This document shows positions 26,547 through 36,314 of a stretch of DNA of 64,000 nucleotides, piece by piece. Numbering within the stretch: the first letter of the stretch is position 1; every line of letters begins with the position of its first letter. The position numbers and the translations under genes were made by a program. The DNA is from a virus (lineage: Duplodnaviria; Caudoviricetes), in the IMG/VR virus record IMGVR_UViG_3300026274_000001; one strand, given 5' to 3'. Below the pieces are notes generated by a model. It ran no database searches. It had not been told where the DNA came from and worked only from the letters and a program-made list of their open reading frames with translations.

Positions 26547-26744
26547 ATGGTTCATGTGATTGTAGACAAGTCCCAACTCAAAGTGGATGAATGGCTGTTG
26601 CACCAACATTTGGGCATGGTGCGTTATACGCAAGATTGCCAGCGTTTGGAAGCTATGCATGGTATGCCCGGCACCCTGTACATCAGCGACAGTGGTGAAA
26701 TCAAAGAAGTCACGTTGGCTCTGCTGGAACAGTCAAGTCAATAA
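26547..26744 (+). CDS. hypothetical protein
   Basis: SD AGGAG. Confidence 0.7.
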   Translation: MVHVIVDKSQLKVDEWLLHQHLGMVRYTQDCQRLEAMHGMPGTLYISDSGEIKEVTLALLEQSSQ

Positions 26745-26820
26745 CTTCATTTAACTGTTGATCTCCGCCTCAAGTGAACATATCATTTGATACATGGTAA
26801 AACACTTTACGGAGAAACAA

Positions 26821-27120
26821 ATGAAGAAGATCGCTGCTCTCGTGCTTGCATTGGTTGCAACTGTTGCCCACGCTGATGAAGTACGTCCCATCGCCACTTG
26901 TGGTGAAGCGGCCCAATTGATCTCCGGTATTAACGAAGGACGAATCAACGGTCAAAGCGAAGCGGACGTCATTGCACATATTCGTGCGGAAGACGACATT
27001 TCACTCAACGAAGAGTCGGCAGCACTGCACATGGTAAAGTTCGTGTACCACAACGATGTGAAGGAACTGCGCGCTGGTAAGGCTCTTCTGAGCGCTTGCG
27101 TAGTTGCTGTGGTCCGATAA
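26821..27120 (+). CDS. secreted small protein (Cys-pair family) 1
   Basis: signal peptide MKKIAALVLALVATVAHA; Cys near each end. Confidence 0.75.
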   Translation: MKKIAALVLALVATVAHADEVRPIATCGEAAQLISGINEGRINGQSEADVIAHIRAEDDISLNEESAALHMVKFVYHNDVKELRAGKALLSACVVAVVR

Positions 27121-27143
27121 GCATACAATAAGGAAAATTCAAT

Positions 27144-27659
27144 ATGCAGTTCTCAACTACCCCCAACGATTTTTACGAAGTAAACTATGGCTCAGCTGAT
27201 TCGGTATTGGCTAAACTTACTGATAGCGTCAGAGACTTTGTAGACGAACGGATGCAAACGGCATTAACTACCGCCGCTACAAATTTTACACCTGTGACGA
27301 CGATTACAGCCAATACAAATCAAATGGTTTGTAGGACACGCCCCAACGAAGCTATGCTGGCTCGAGCAATTACCAATGTTGTGAATGGATTAGTTGCTGC
27401 TGGGTTTACGGCCCACACCTCTAGCTTTGATCGAGATTCTGATCAGGATATGATTGTTATCACATTACCGGCCATTGATCCTAATGAGTTACCGCCGGTA
27501 TTCACCGATCGTGAAAAAGAATTGTTGAACAAGCTGGAAGAACTGGTGTGTAATGCCCCGAAGAACATACCTCGCATGGCGTCGACTAAGGTCTTCGAGT
27601 CAGCAAACGAATTGCTTCTTAAATACCGTCCCGATTTTAAGGTACCATGGGAGAAGTAA
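27144..27659 (+). CDS. hypothetical protein
   Basis: SD AAGGA. Confidence 0.7.
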   Translation: MQFSTTPNDFYEVNYGSADSVLAKLTDSVRDFVDERMQTALTTAATNFTPVTTITANTNQMVCRTRPNEAMLARAITNVVNGLVAAGFTAHTSSFDRDSDQDMIVITLPAIDPNELPPVFTDREKELLNKLEELVCNAPKNIPRMASTKVFESANELLLKYRPDFKVPWEK

Positions 27660-27887
27660 ATGAGTAATGAAAAGTTGATTCAACAGATTCAAGAATCGCT
27701 GCTGTTACACCTTAATGCAACAGTAGGCACTGATACTGATCGAATCGATGCCGCATTTCATATGGCAAACAATCTTATGGCAGCCGCCGATGCACTGCGT
27801 CATGATCAATCAGAAATCGACCGCCTGCTTAGATGCATCGATAGCCTCAATACGCAACTAGCACTGACACGTTCAGGTATTACGTAA
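27660..27887 (+). CDS. hypothetical protein
   Basis: abuts previous stop. Confidence 0.65.
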   Translation: MSNEKLIQQIQESLLLHLNATVGTDTDRIDAAFHMANNLMAAADALRHDQSEIDRLLRCIDSLNTQLALTRSGIT

Positions 27888-27892
27888 AACTG

Positions 27893-27936
27893 TTGACGCC
27901 ATGTTCAGGTGAACGTATCATTTGAACATGGTAAAC
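27893..27936 (+). promoter_or_regulatory. family early promoter
   Basis: TTGACG-17-TATCAT; CCATGTTCAGGTGA-acgta-TCATTTGAACATGG. Confidence 0.8.
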
Positions 27937-27949
27937 AACAGGAGCTGAT

Positions 27950-28219
27950 ATGCAATACGTGATTATGCGTGGTGTCAAAAACACTAGCTTCCAGTATCAT
28001 CCCCTCCCCCAAGAAATTCACGGCAAGACCATCAAGCGTGTTTGGCTCCTGATCGACGAAGCGAAATTCCTGGCCAACAATGGCGTGCCCGTTCATTGGG
28101 AAAACGCTTTTCTGGAAGACTCAAACCACGACTGGGAACAAAAGGGCGACTCCCTGCGTTACTACGCCCACAGCAGCGCACCTGACGACGTGGTTGACCT
28201 CATCGTGTACTTCGAATAA
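27950..28219 (+). CDS. hypothetical protein
   Basis: SD AGGAG. Confidence 0.75.
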   Translation: MQYVIMRGVKNTSFQYHPLPQEIHGKTIKRVWLLIDEAKFLANNGVPVHWENAFLEDSNHDWEQKGDSLRYYAHSSAPDDVVDLIVYFE

Positions 28220-28224
28220 GGAGA

Positions 28225-28815
28225 ATGAAAATGGAAGATCAACGCAAAATCGTAATCGTCGGTGCAGGTTATCACAGCCCTGAAATTACCAAGCAATTGA
28301 TGGAATGGGCCAAAGACAACAGCGTTGAAATCATTAGGCACGAGGAGCCTCTTTCTCCTAGCGATGAATTGCAAGCACTGTTCGGTGAAGTTGCTCTGCG
28401 TTTGGATCATAGCGTCTACGTACTTGCCACGCTTCAGGAAGAAGCAGAACTTGAATTCCTCGAAAGCATCATCTACAAGTACGATGTTCGGGTCATTGCT
28501 ACGCCCCATAGCGATGGTGTCACTTGGTTTAAAACCAAGTTCCCTAAGGCGCTTGTGTATAGCTGGCAGCAAGCTCAAGAACTTGGGTTGCATAAACACC
28601 GGCCACTGTCTCAGCAAGAAATTGCACAATTGAAAGATCTCAATCGTGCTACCAACAACGGTCGCGGTTCAAGCGTGCTTGATAGTGTCATCTGTAGCTT
28701 GGAGCAGGGTGACATTGAGGGTGCGTACCAGATAGCGTATATCGATTCCGACAAGCTGCGTCAGTATCGAAACGTATTCAATCGTTTGCTTGCATTGGGC
28801 TTCGATGTGAATTAA
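28225..28815 (+). CDS. hypothetical protein
   Basis: SD AAGGAG. Confidence 0.7.
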   Translation: MKMEDQRKIVIVGAGYHSPEITKQLMEWAKDNSVEIIRHEEPLSPSDELQALFGEVALRLDHSVYVLATLQEEAELEFLESIIYKYDVRVIATPHSDGVTWFKTKFPKALVYSWQQAQELGLHKHRPLSQQEIAQLKDLNRATNNGRGSSVLDSVICSLEQGDIEGAYQIAYIDSDKLRQYRNVFNRLLALGFDVN

Positions 28816-28885
28816 TCATTTGGCGCTTGACGTCGTGTTCATATGAAAGCACAATAGGAACATGGTGAAAAACAAGGAGCGCTAA

Positions 28886-29242
28886 ATGCCCAAGCTTAAT
28901 GTGTTCAAACGTGGTGACAAAGTCCGTATCAAGAAGGGAACGATCGTTTACGAACGGGGCGGCAAACAGCGCGTAGCTGGTCGTGACTATATCGTAACGG
29001 TATATCGTGACTCGGCGGGTTGGTCTGTTAGTGCTCATGTTGCGCTGAATGATCGTGATTATTACGGCCGTTTAGTGCAGCAAGGTTATGACATGGATGC
29101 ACTGCGCAAACTCGAAGTCGACAATCCCCTGGAGTTTGAAAACTTCCGTGTTGAGCTTGAAGCACCGCGTGTTATCTGGAGCGGAAAGGGCGGCTGGTGC
29201 GAAGCCAATATCTCCGACGTTGTGTGGGTGCGAGAGGACTAA
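28886..29242 (+). CDS. hypothetical protein
   Basis: SD AAGGAG after family promoter. Confidence 0.75.
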   Translation: MPKLNVFKRGDKVRIKKGTIVYERGGKQRVAGRDYIVTVYRDSAGWSVSAHVALNDRDYYGRLVQQGYDMDALRKLEVDNPLEFENFRVELEAPRVIWSGKGGWCEANISDVVWVRED

Positions 29243-29308
29243 TTGCTTGCTTGGTACGTCATATGAACATAATATGACGTACGGTAACTCACAGGGAGAA
29301 TAATCGAT

Positions 29309-29821
29309 ATGGCGTCAGATCTCGACTTGTATATTTGTGACACCAGGGCACGTCGTGCATTTGCTCGACAAGAAGCTCGTACCCGGTTCAACGAAAGCGG
29401 TGGTGACGAACCTTCACAGTATGGCTGGATGGAAATGAAGGTCCATGGAATCTGGCTACATGAAGATGTTGTATTTGGTCAGGATCTAGAATACACCGAC
29501 GTTCGTCGTAAAACCTATCGACAACGTTATAGTGTTGATGTGTTGCGAAACGCCGACTATGTATGGTTGGGGCGTATGTCTTGGGGCAAAGCATCAATAG
29601 ACGGTGATGTCGATCGTTACGTGCCTGAGCTTGTGCAAAAGGTCAGTGACCTTTTCCAAGGCCGAAAGCTTGTGATGATTAACGATAAGTTGATTGCACT
29701 TATCGAGCAAGCATTCAAGGACTCTGCACCAAACGAGCATTACAAAACCGCCGAACGGGAAGAAGTGATCAGTTTTCTCAAACAGCACAAAGGCAAACGA
29801 GCATTTGCCCTGAATTCATAG
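29309..29821 (+). CDS. hypothetical protein
   Basis: SD GGGAG; promoter with 11-bp perfect IR 29254-29282. Confidence 0.75.
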   Translation: MASDLDLYICDTRARRAFARQEARTRFNESGGDEPSQYGWMEMKVHGIWLHEDVVFGQDLEYTDVRRKTYRQRYSVDVLRNADYVWLGRMSWGKASIDGDVDRYVPELVQKVSDLFQGRKLVMINDKLIALIEQAFKDSAPNEHYKTAEREEVISFLKQHKGKRAFALNS

Positions 29822-29830
29822 GAGAACACA

Positions 29831-30136
29831 ATGGTTGCACCGATTAGTCCAAACGAAGTAGAACAGATGCCAGAGAAGGCATTTCCAGATTTTGTCCTGG
29901 AAGCCTTCAATGAAGTGATTCAGCGGAACTATCGCAATGGTCGAGCACGTTTTGCATTCGACGAAGTCGTGAAAGAGATGGTAAGGCGTTCGCCGAAAAG
30001 GCTGACTAGAGAGCAAGTGTATACAAACGGCTACCTGGATGTTGAGCAAGTGTACCGTAAGCAGGGCTGGCGGGTAGAGTCGGATTCTCCAGGCTTTAAC
30101 GAAAGCGGCACGTCTACTTTCACTTTCTCGAAATAA
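29831..30136 (+). CDS. hypothetical protein
   Basis: SD AGGAG. Confidence 0.75.
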   Translation: MVAPISPNEVEQMPEKAFPDFVLEAFNEVIQRNYRNGRARFAFDEVVKEMVRRSPKRLTREQVYTNGYLDVEQVYRKQGWRVESDSPGFNESGTSTFTFSK

Positions 30137-30183
30137 TACTTGCAGGTATAGCCATATGAATTTACTATAGCTACACACCAATC

Positions 30184-30753
30184 ATGGAGAGCATAATGGA
30201 TAACAAATACGGTAGCATGTTGATAAACGGGAAACGAGTTGATGAGCTGACTTTGGAAATTCCGTTTATGAATGTAGCCCAATGTTATTCATTCTCCAAT
30301 GCCATACTCGATATGAGTGCTGCTGCTGAGGACGTACAAGAAGGTGGATACAACGAAACTATCGAAGGGTTGTCTGAGCCTTTCGAGGCGGTGATTGCTC
30401 GTCAGGAAGTATTGGCGGTTGCTACTGCTGCCGAAGTAGAACGTGGTATCGACTCTGGACGCCTTATTAAGGTTGATCATACCGTTTATGAACGTAGCGT
30501 TCACGCGTTGCTGGCTATGCGTTCTATGTTCGGAGACTTGGTTACTGACGTGTTTGTCGATCAACAGTATTTGGAGCACCAGGCTCTCGAGAGCCGTGCA
30601 TTTGGTGAAGAACGAATTATTAAAGCAGAAATCAACAACGACGAGCAACTTGAAATGGATATCAGCGGTCTTAATATGATCGTGCAATTCGCCGATGGCC
30701 GTCGTATCGAAATGACCAATTCTGAATGGGGTCACTTCAAGCGTATCGAATAA
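30184..30753 (+). CDS. hypothetical protein
   Basis: follows family promoter; start may be 30196. Confidence 0.7.
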   Translation: MESIMDNKYGSMLINGKRVDELTLEIPFMNVAQCYSFSNAILDMSAAAEDVQEGGYNETIEGLSEPFEAVIARQEVLAVATAAEVERGIDSGRLIKVDHTVYERSVHALLAMRSMFGDLVTDVFVDQQYLEHQALESRAFGEERIIKAEINNDEQLEMDISGLNMIVQFADGRRIEMTNSEWGHFKRIE

Positions 30754-30761
30754 GGAAAAAT

Positions 30762-31559
30762 ATGTTTTGGGTCTTACAGAAAAACCTCTTTAACGAGCAA
30801 GCCTTTATGAGCTTGCTCGAGCAGCTTGAACGGCAGGATGTGCCACATGAGATTGTGAGCCTAGTGCCGTTTATCCAACAAATGACGCCTGACATCAATC
30901 CTGAAGGACTGGTGTATGTATGCGGTTCTACGGGTATTGGTAAGGTTGCCCGTAAGAAGGGCTGGACCCCTGGCTACTTTGATGACAACTTGGATTACGA
31001 GTTGGTCATGAAAAATTACGGTGAAGACTGCTTGAACTGGCGTGGTCACGTCACGACAATGCGCGATGCCAGCAAGGAGTTACTGGTAAACCCAGAAGTA
31101 AAGTTCTTTACGCGCCCTTGCTCTGATACGAAATCGTATTCCGGCCAAGTAATGGAATGGAAAGAATTCGACGAATGGCGAAACAAAGTAGTCGCACTGT
31201 CGGAAGATGGCGAAGATAACTCGCTCACCACCTTGCAGCCTGAAGATAAAATCGTTATCGCCCCGTTGACTACCATTTATTCCGAGACTCGTTTCTATGT
31301 TGTTGATGGCGAAGTGGTTACTGGCTCCCTGTATAAATTTGGTAATCAAGTACAGTACAGCGATGATGTGATGCCTTTCATTAAGGACTTTGCCCAGGAA
31401 AAGGTAAATCAGTGGCAGCCAAATCGAGCATTTGTGCTTGACATTGCAGACACTGATGAAGGTCCAAAAGTGATCGAAATCAACGCCATCAATTCGTCAG
31501 GCTTTTATGCTTGTGATATGGGCAAGTACATCGACGCTATTAATTCAATGGAATTTTGA
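30762..31559 (+). CDS. ATP-grasp protein (DUF4343 / R2K-like) 1
   Basis: FFTRPCSDTKSYSG, ETRFYVVDGEVVTGSLY, AFVLDIA, VIEINAINSSGFY. Confidence 0.85.
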   Translation: MFWVLQKNLFNEQAFMSLLEQLERQDVPHEIVSLVPFIQQMTPDINPEGLVYVCGSTGIGKVARKKGWTPGYFDDNLDYELVMKNYGEDCLNWRGHVTTMRDASKELLVNPEVKFFTRPCSDTKSYSGQVMEWKEFDEWRNKVVALSEDGEDNSLTTLQPEDKIVIAPLTTIYSETRFYVVDGEVVTGSLYKFGNQVQYSDDVMPFIKDFAQEKVNQWQPNRAFVLDIADTDEGPKVIEINAINSSGFYACDMGKYIDAINSMEF

Positions 31560-31560
31560 T

Positions 31561-31731
31561 ATGTTAGTTAAATCAAACCAAGATGCTTTTGGATGTTGGC
31601 TAGTTGATTTGTTGAATGGTGAGCAAGCCAGAGAACAAGCATGGATTGAACACTGTAAGAAAGAAAGGCAATTCCGTGACCGTAAAAGACGTGCCAAGGC
31701 GATAAAAGCGCGTTTGGGTAAAGGTAGATAA
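31561..31731 (+). CDS. small basic protein
   Basis: follows ATP-grasp stop. Confidence 0.55.
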   Translation: MLVKSNQDAFGCWLVDLLNGEQAREQAWIEHCKKERQFRDRKRRAKAIKARLGKGR

Positions 31732-31800
31732 ATTTCATTTGGTTCTTGCAACAATGTTCAAGTGAACATATCATTGAGTATGATTAATCAAGGGGGAAAT

Positions 31801-32160
31801 ATGAAGAAACTGATGATGTTGATGCTGCTGTCTGTGGCTACGGTTGCCCATGCGTCAAGCAAGCAAGAATGGGCTGATGCAGTTTGTCGCATCAATGCTA
31901 GTGAAGCTTCGGAAATTGCACAGTACCGAGATGCTGGCTTTCCAATCACAGAAGCTTCCAACCGTGCGATCAAGTTCATGGCAAGCACTGGCCTCTTCAA
32001 TATGTCCCCTACGTTCAATGATGCCATTATGACTGAGACGTTGGAAATTTATACCACCGACGTCATCAAGACCGCCCAGCCTGAAGCAATCAAAGAAGCT
32101 ATTTTGCTGTCGTGTGGTATGGACATTTACGGTGTTCGTCACAGTAAAAAGACGAAATAA
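31801..32160 (+). CDS. secreted small protein (Cys-pair family) 2
   Basis: signal peptide MKKLMMLMLLSVATVAHA. Confidence 0.75.
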   Translation: MKKLMMLMLLSVATVAHASSKQEWADAVCRINASEASEIAQYRDAGFPITEASNRAIKFMASTGLFNMSPTFNDAIMTETLEIYTTDVIKTAQPEAIKEAILLSCGMDIYGVRHSKKTK

Positions 32161-32234
32161 TTCAGTTGGCACTTGCAACCAGGTTCAAATGAATCTACCA
32201 TAGGAACATGGTAAACAAACGCAAGGAGCAACAA

Positions 32235-32600
32235 ATGGAACTGATGGCAGATACCACCAATTTCGAATCCCTTACTGTTCGCTGGTTGGCACGGCAGAAT
32301 GAAGAAGTTGCTGTTGCTCTTGGCCACAAAATGTACTATCAAAGCTTTCACGGTACCAATGATACTGAAGTTAACGGTGTGTTGGTCGACTTCCAACCGG
32401 TACGTGATAGTGCTACGGCATTCAAGCTGATGGTGCAAGAAAACATTCAAGCTCACACTGAACCGCGTGGCGAATACGTGTACGTGACTGCTCATTGCGA
32501 AGATGGGCCGGTCTGGTCTAGCACGGTTTTTGCGCACGGTGCTGAAGCCGAAATGCGTCGGCTGATTTGCGTAGCAATCGTCAGCAAATACACGAAGTAG
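32235..32600 (+). CDS. hypothetical protein
   Basis: SD AAGGAG after family promoter. Confidence 0.75.
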   Translation: MELMADTTNFESLTVRWLARQNEEVAVALGHKMYYQSFHGTNDTEVNGVLVDFQPVRDSATAFKLMVQENIQAHTEPRGEYVYVTAHCEDGPVWSSTVFAHGAEAEMRRLICVAIVSKYTK

Positions 32601-32679
32601 AAATAATTCATTTAGCGCTTTACTTGTGAGTCAAGTGAACGCATCATAGATACATGGTAAACAACACACGGAGAAATAA

Positions 32680-33129
32680 ATGACTGATCAAGTGAATGTT
32701 GCAACTGATGTTAACGGTGTTCGTGAGTGCTTGCCGTTGGGTCCTGTGCACATTTATACGGTCACGGTGACGAAGTTGCCCTGGGGTGCAGTCGATTCGT
32801 GTGTTGCAAGCCTCCCGTTCACTGGTGACGTTACGATCCCGAAAATGTATGTTGACTGGGCATTGTCGGTTGCTCTTGTTTATGAGTTGTACAAGAAGCT
32901 TAACGCGGCACCGATCAACACGGGTATTGTGGCCCTTGTGAAAAGTCTCCGTGACGAAATGCATTGCGGATTGACCGAAGCCAAGAAAGTTGCTGACTTG
33001 CTGATTGGTCGCAAGAGCGACAAGTACACGAATGCCGGTGGCATTGTTACTGCGTTCATGTACTACCAGGAAGAAGAAATGACGCTCGCAGAAATCGAAA
33101 TTCGCAACCAAATGCAAGGACGAAAATGA
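32680..33129 (+). CDS. protein with ribosomal bL12 (L7/L12) C-terminal-like motif
   Basis: IVALVKSLRDEMHCGLTEAKKVAD. Confidence 0.6.
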   Translation: MTDQVNVATDVNGVRECLPLGPVHIYTVTVTKLPWGAVDSCVASLPFTGDVTIPKMYVDWALSVALVYELYKKLNAAPINTGIVALVKSLRDEMHCGLTEAKKVADLLIGRKSDKYTNAGGIVTAFMYYQEEEMTLAEIEIRNQMQGRK

Positions 33130-33566
33130 GCGATGTTCAGTATAAGGTTACACCGATTCACTTTCAATTGTTGCTGACAGTGACCCCATCGAATGTAGTT
33201 CACAACTGCCAACTTACAATGCCCAACGGCCGAGTTATCGACGTCCCCGCAGTGTTCGTTGAGTTTGCTCGTACGGTGCGCAACCTAACCGCTATGCTTG
33301 ACAGGTATGGCCGCCCGCGGGGTATGTCGTCCGGGTTGGTCCCGCTTATTAAAGAAGTACGTAGGGCCCTTGATATTGGGCTGTATGATGCCAAGCAACT
33401 AGTTGAGGTTCTGGTTGCTCGAGAAGGTTACCAACGAAACTTGGTTACCTATACGTATCTCGAAGATATGTATGATCCGTATCAAAGCCATATCGATAGC
33501 GAACAGGCGGCCGCGGAACTTGACACGGTAAAGCAGATGCTCACCAAAGAAGAAGGTCATCAATGA
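33126..33566 (+). CDS. protein with ribosomal bL12 C-terminal-like motif
   Basis: LVPLIKEVRRALDIGLYDAKQLVE. Confidence 0.6.
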   Translation: MSDVQYKVTPIHFQLLLTVTPSNVVHNCQLTMPNGRVIDVPAVFVEFARTVRNLTAMLDRYGRPRGMSSGLVPLIKEVRRALDIGLYDAKQLVEVLVAREGYQRNLVTYTYLEDMYDPYQSHIDSEQAAAELDTVKQMLTKEEGHQ

Positions 33567-33961
33567 AGCGCGGCGATATCGTATGGCCTTGCTATGATGG
33601 CAAACTGGGACGGGCTGTTCCTGGTGTCGTAGTGCGCACCAAACAAAACAATATGCTGCTCGTTCGCTTTATTCCTTGGGTGAGTGACACCCAAACTACA
33701 ATTGACGTATGGTTCCGTCGACGGCTGAACACTCAGGATTCGTATTGGTCGAAAACTGGGAATAACACTGTTCAGAAATTTGCACCCCGTCATGTGTTCT
33801 CTGCATGGGCAATTGAAGACGACACAATGAATATGTTCATTGGTGGTGGACAGGGATCCTACTATTTGCTGCGTACCGAAGCGATGATGACTTGGTATGG
33901 CCCTCCCGATTTTAAGGAAAAAGAACGCGATACCATTGCTTCATTGCTTGCTACTCTTTAA
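33563..33961 (+). CDS. hypothetical protein
   Basis: ATGA overlap; SH3-like N-terminus possible. Confidence 0.7.
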   Translation: MKRGDIVWPCYDGKLGRAVPGVVVRTKQNNMLLVRFIPWVSDTQTTIDVWFRRRLNTQDSYWSKTGNNTVQKFAPRHVFSAWAIEDDTMNMFIGGGQGSYYLLRTEAMMTWYGPPDFKEKERDTIASLLATL

Positions 33962-33971
33962 GGGGGATAAC

Positions 33972-34355
33972 ATGAAAAAATTGTTAGTTGCCATGGCTCT
34001 GGTTTCGATTTCGATCAGCGCATTTGCCGGTAAGCCGAAAACCGAATCGACTGTAACCGGCTCAGCAATCGTACAGAGCGTGACCATGACTAGCGATACC
34101 GTGACTATTGACGATGCCGCGAGATGCAATCAAGAATCATATCAACTTGATGGTATTTTGCAAGGGCTTGCTGGTGGTATGAGTAAGAAAGCCATCGCCA
34201 CGCTTATCAAAGACGCCCCGCCAGAAATTGCTGATGCTAACGCATTATTGCGTGATCTAGAATTGGTGACTAGCGATCCGCACTTTGTGACTGCTGACCC
34301 CAGTGTTGTTTTGGGCTTCGTATTCAAAGCGTGTTTGCTGGCTAGTATTCGGTAA
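33972..34355 (+). CDS. secreted small protein (Cys-pair family) 3
   Basis: signal peptide MKKLLVAMALVSISISAFA. Confidence 0.75.
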   Translation: MKKLLVAMALVSISISAFAGKPKTESTVTGSAIVQSVTMTSDTVTIDDAARCNQESYQLDGILQGLAGGMSKKAIATLIKDAPPEIADANALLRDLELVTSDPHFVTADPSVVLGFVFKACLLASIR

Positions 34356-34427
34356 ATTCACTTTGTGCTTGCAACCACGTTCATATGAAACTAATATACG
34401 AGCATGGTAAACGCAAAGGAGAACAAA

Positions 34428-34919
34428 ATGACGGGAACAGCATTGACGCAAGCAGAAAAGGTAGCACGTCGCGAACAACGTGCAGCAGAACGCGAAGCAC
34501 AAGAAGCTCGTGACAATGAACGTCGCGAAGTGGAGCGTAAGGAACGTATGGAAAAGATGCCTGGCATTTTGTTCAACCTGATGCTGCGTGCTGAAATGTT
34601 GCGGCGTGCGGGGATGCAAATCAGTTGCAATCTACACAACGAAATCCCCAAAAGCATGGCATCAAATAGCGACCATGTTGGTAAGGTCGGCTTGGTATTT
34701 GTTATCGATCACCGAGCAAAGACGCTACTGAGTGAAGACTGGAATGAAGAAGTTAGCGTGTCGATCGATGCTGCCAGTTGGGAAGTGGAATCCATCGAAA
34801 ACAAATTGAATGAACTGCAAGACGAAGCTGATGAAAGGCTGAAGCGTAAAGCTTTGGCTGACGAAGCAAAGAAATTGTTGACGCCGGATCAATTGGCCGC
34901 CTTGCGCGAATTCTCCTAA
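34428..34919 (+). CDS. hypothetical coiled-coil protein
   Basis: SD AAGGAG after family promoter. Confidence 0.75.
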   Translation: MTGTALTQAEKVARREQRAAEREAQEARDNERREVERKERMEKMPGILFNLMLRAEMLRRAGMQISCNLHNEIPKSMASNSDHVGKVGLVFVIDHRAKTLLSEDWNEEVSVSIDAASWEVESIENKLNELQDEADERLKRKALADEAKKLLTPDQLAALREFS

Positions 34920-34929
34920 GGAGTGCAAC

Positions 34930-35346
34930 ATGAATTACACGATTGTTGGTTACAAGCCTGATAGTGCGGAAACTAGCCGAGGCTGTGTGATTAAGCGGTA
35001 CGACAGTGATCATGTACTGTTCTTCACCACTGACGAGTTGGACTTTGTTGAGAAGTGGGCTGAATTGCTCTTCAAGAATCTGATTCGTAAGCATGGTGAG
35101 AGTGAGTACGAAATTACGGCCTTGGTAAATGGTGAAAATCTGAACGATTTGCCAGACACTCCAGAACTAAGCTATTACAATCTGGCTAATCAAGCTGATC
35201 AGAAATATGTTTTATTGCTTAGGGCGCATGAAGAGCGTGAACAGTTGCAGCAGCAAGCGAGAGCACGAGCACAGTCATCTGCTATAAGAGAATCAGAGCT
35301 TTGGCGACTGGCTGAACTGCGGAAAAAGTACGACGGTACTCAATAG
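34930..35346 (+). CDS. hypothetical protein
   Basis: SD AAGGAG. Confidence 0.75.
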   Translation: MNYTIVGYKPDSAETSRGCVIKRYDSDHVLFFTTDELDFVEKWAELLFKNLIRKHGESEYEITALVNGENLNDLPDTPELSYYNLANQADQKYVLLLRAHEEREQLQQQARARAQSSAIRESELWRLAELRKKYDGTQ

Positions 35347-35407
35347 GCTGGCTGAGAGAGCCATGGTTACTCTAGTTTAGCTAGCAGCTACGCGGAGTAG
35401 TCCCAAA

Positions 35408-35435
35408 GAATGGCGAGCTTAACGGCTCGCCATTC
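35408..35435 (+). terminator. strong hairpin / terminator
   Basis: GAATGGCGAGC-ttaacg-GCTCGCCATTC. Confidence 0.65.
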
Positions 35436-35504
35436 TCATTTAAACGGTGCTTGCTACTTTGTTCATATACACGTATTCTTTAGCAAACATCACTCTAATT
35501 AATT

Positions 35505-36314
35505 ATGAAAACAAATCCAACATGGCTAGTTCAAATAACAAGTAGGCACGACACTACTATCAAGCAGGAAGTTGAATCACTAACTGAACTTGGCCTACCT
35601 TGGAAAGATTTTGGGGTAATTCCATTTACGACCGACATCACGGGACTGGATGCGCCTTATACCAACTTTGTTGTGCGTGGTGGCACCAAAGTATTGTCCA
35701 TGATTACAGATGATCCTACCTTGTGGTTGAAGGATGGTGTCTTTTATGACAAGGATAAGTTTGACCAGAATCAATACCAGTCCCTGGGTTTGCCACTCTT
35801 AAATGCTGATGCAGAGTTCTTCAACCTCCCTGATTTTCCGTACCTGATGTTTGAGCAGGAAATGTTCGTGAAGCCTTCCAGTGACTTGAAAGCATTCACA
35901 GCCGGAATATTGGAAGTAGGTCAGAGCGTGCAGGAGTTTATTGGCGCACAGATGCATCAATCGAATGCATTCTCAGAAATCATTCTAGCCGCTGAAGCAA
36001 AGACGGTGATTGATGAGTACCGCTTCTTTGTACTAAACGATCAAGTCATTACTGGGTCACAATACCGGGTTAACCAGCAACTGCGCTATACCGCACTTAC
36101 AAATTCTGCGGAACATGTTTCAGTGCTAAAAGTTGCACAAGATTACGCAAAATTGTATCAGCCTGCCGAGGTATTCACGCTTGATATTGGTAAGACGGTA
36201 GACGGGGTCTACTCTATTATAGAATATAACTGTTTCAATGCATCAGGTTTGTACGCTTGCGATGTGAATCTGTTGTTTACTACAATCAGTAATTTTGTAA
36301 GGTCTCGTGTTTAG
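35505..36314 (+). CDS. ATP-grasp protein (DUF4343 / R2K-like) 2
   Basis: MFVKPSSDLKAFTAG, EYRFFVLNDQVITGSQY, VFTLDIG, IIEYNCFNASGLY. Confidence 0.85.
   Translation: MKTNPTWLVQITSRHDTTIKQEVESLTELGLPWKDFGVIPFTTDITGLDAPYTNFVVRGGTKVLSMITDDPTLWLKDGVFYDKDKFDQNQYQSLGLPLLNADAEFFNLPDFPYLMFEQEMFVKPSSDLKAFTAGILEVGQSVQEFIGAQMHQSNAFSEIILAAEAKTVIDEYRFFVLNDQVITGSQYRVNQQLRYTALTNSAEHVSVLKVAQDYAKLYQPAEVFTLDIGKTVDGVYSIIEYNCFNASGLYACDVNLLFTTISNFVRSRV

Noticed and set aside
17755-33906. Shared MTWYGPP peptide in 17035..17811 and 33563..33961
   Set aside because: No other similarity visible; likely coincidental.
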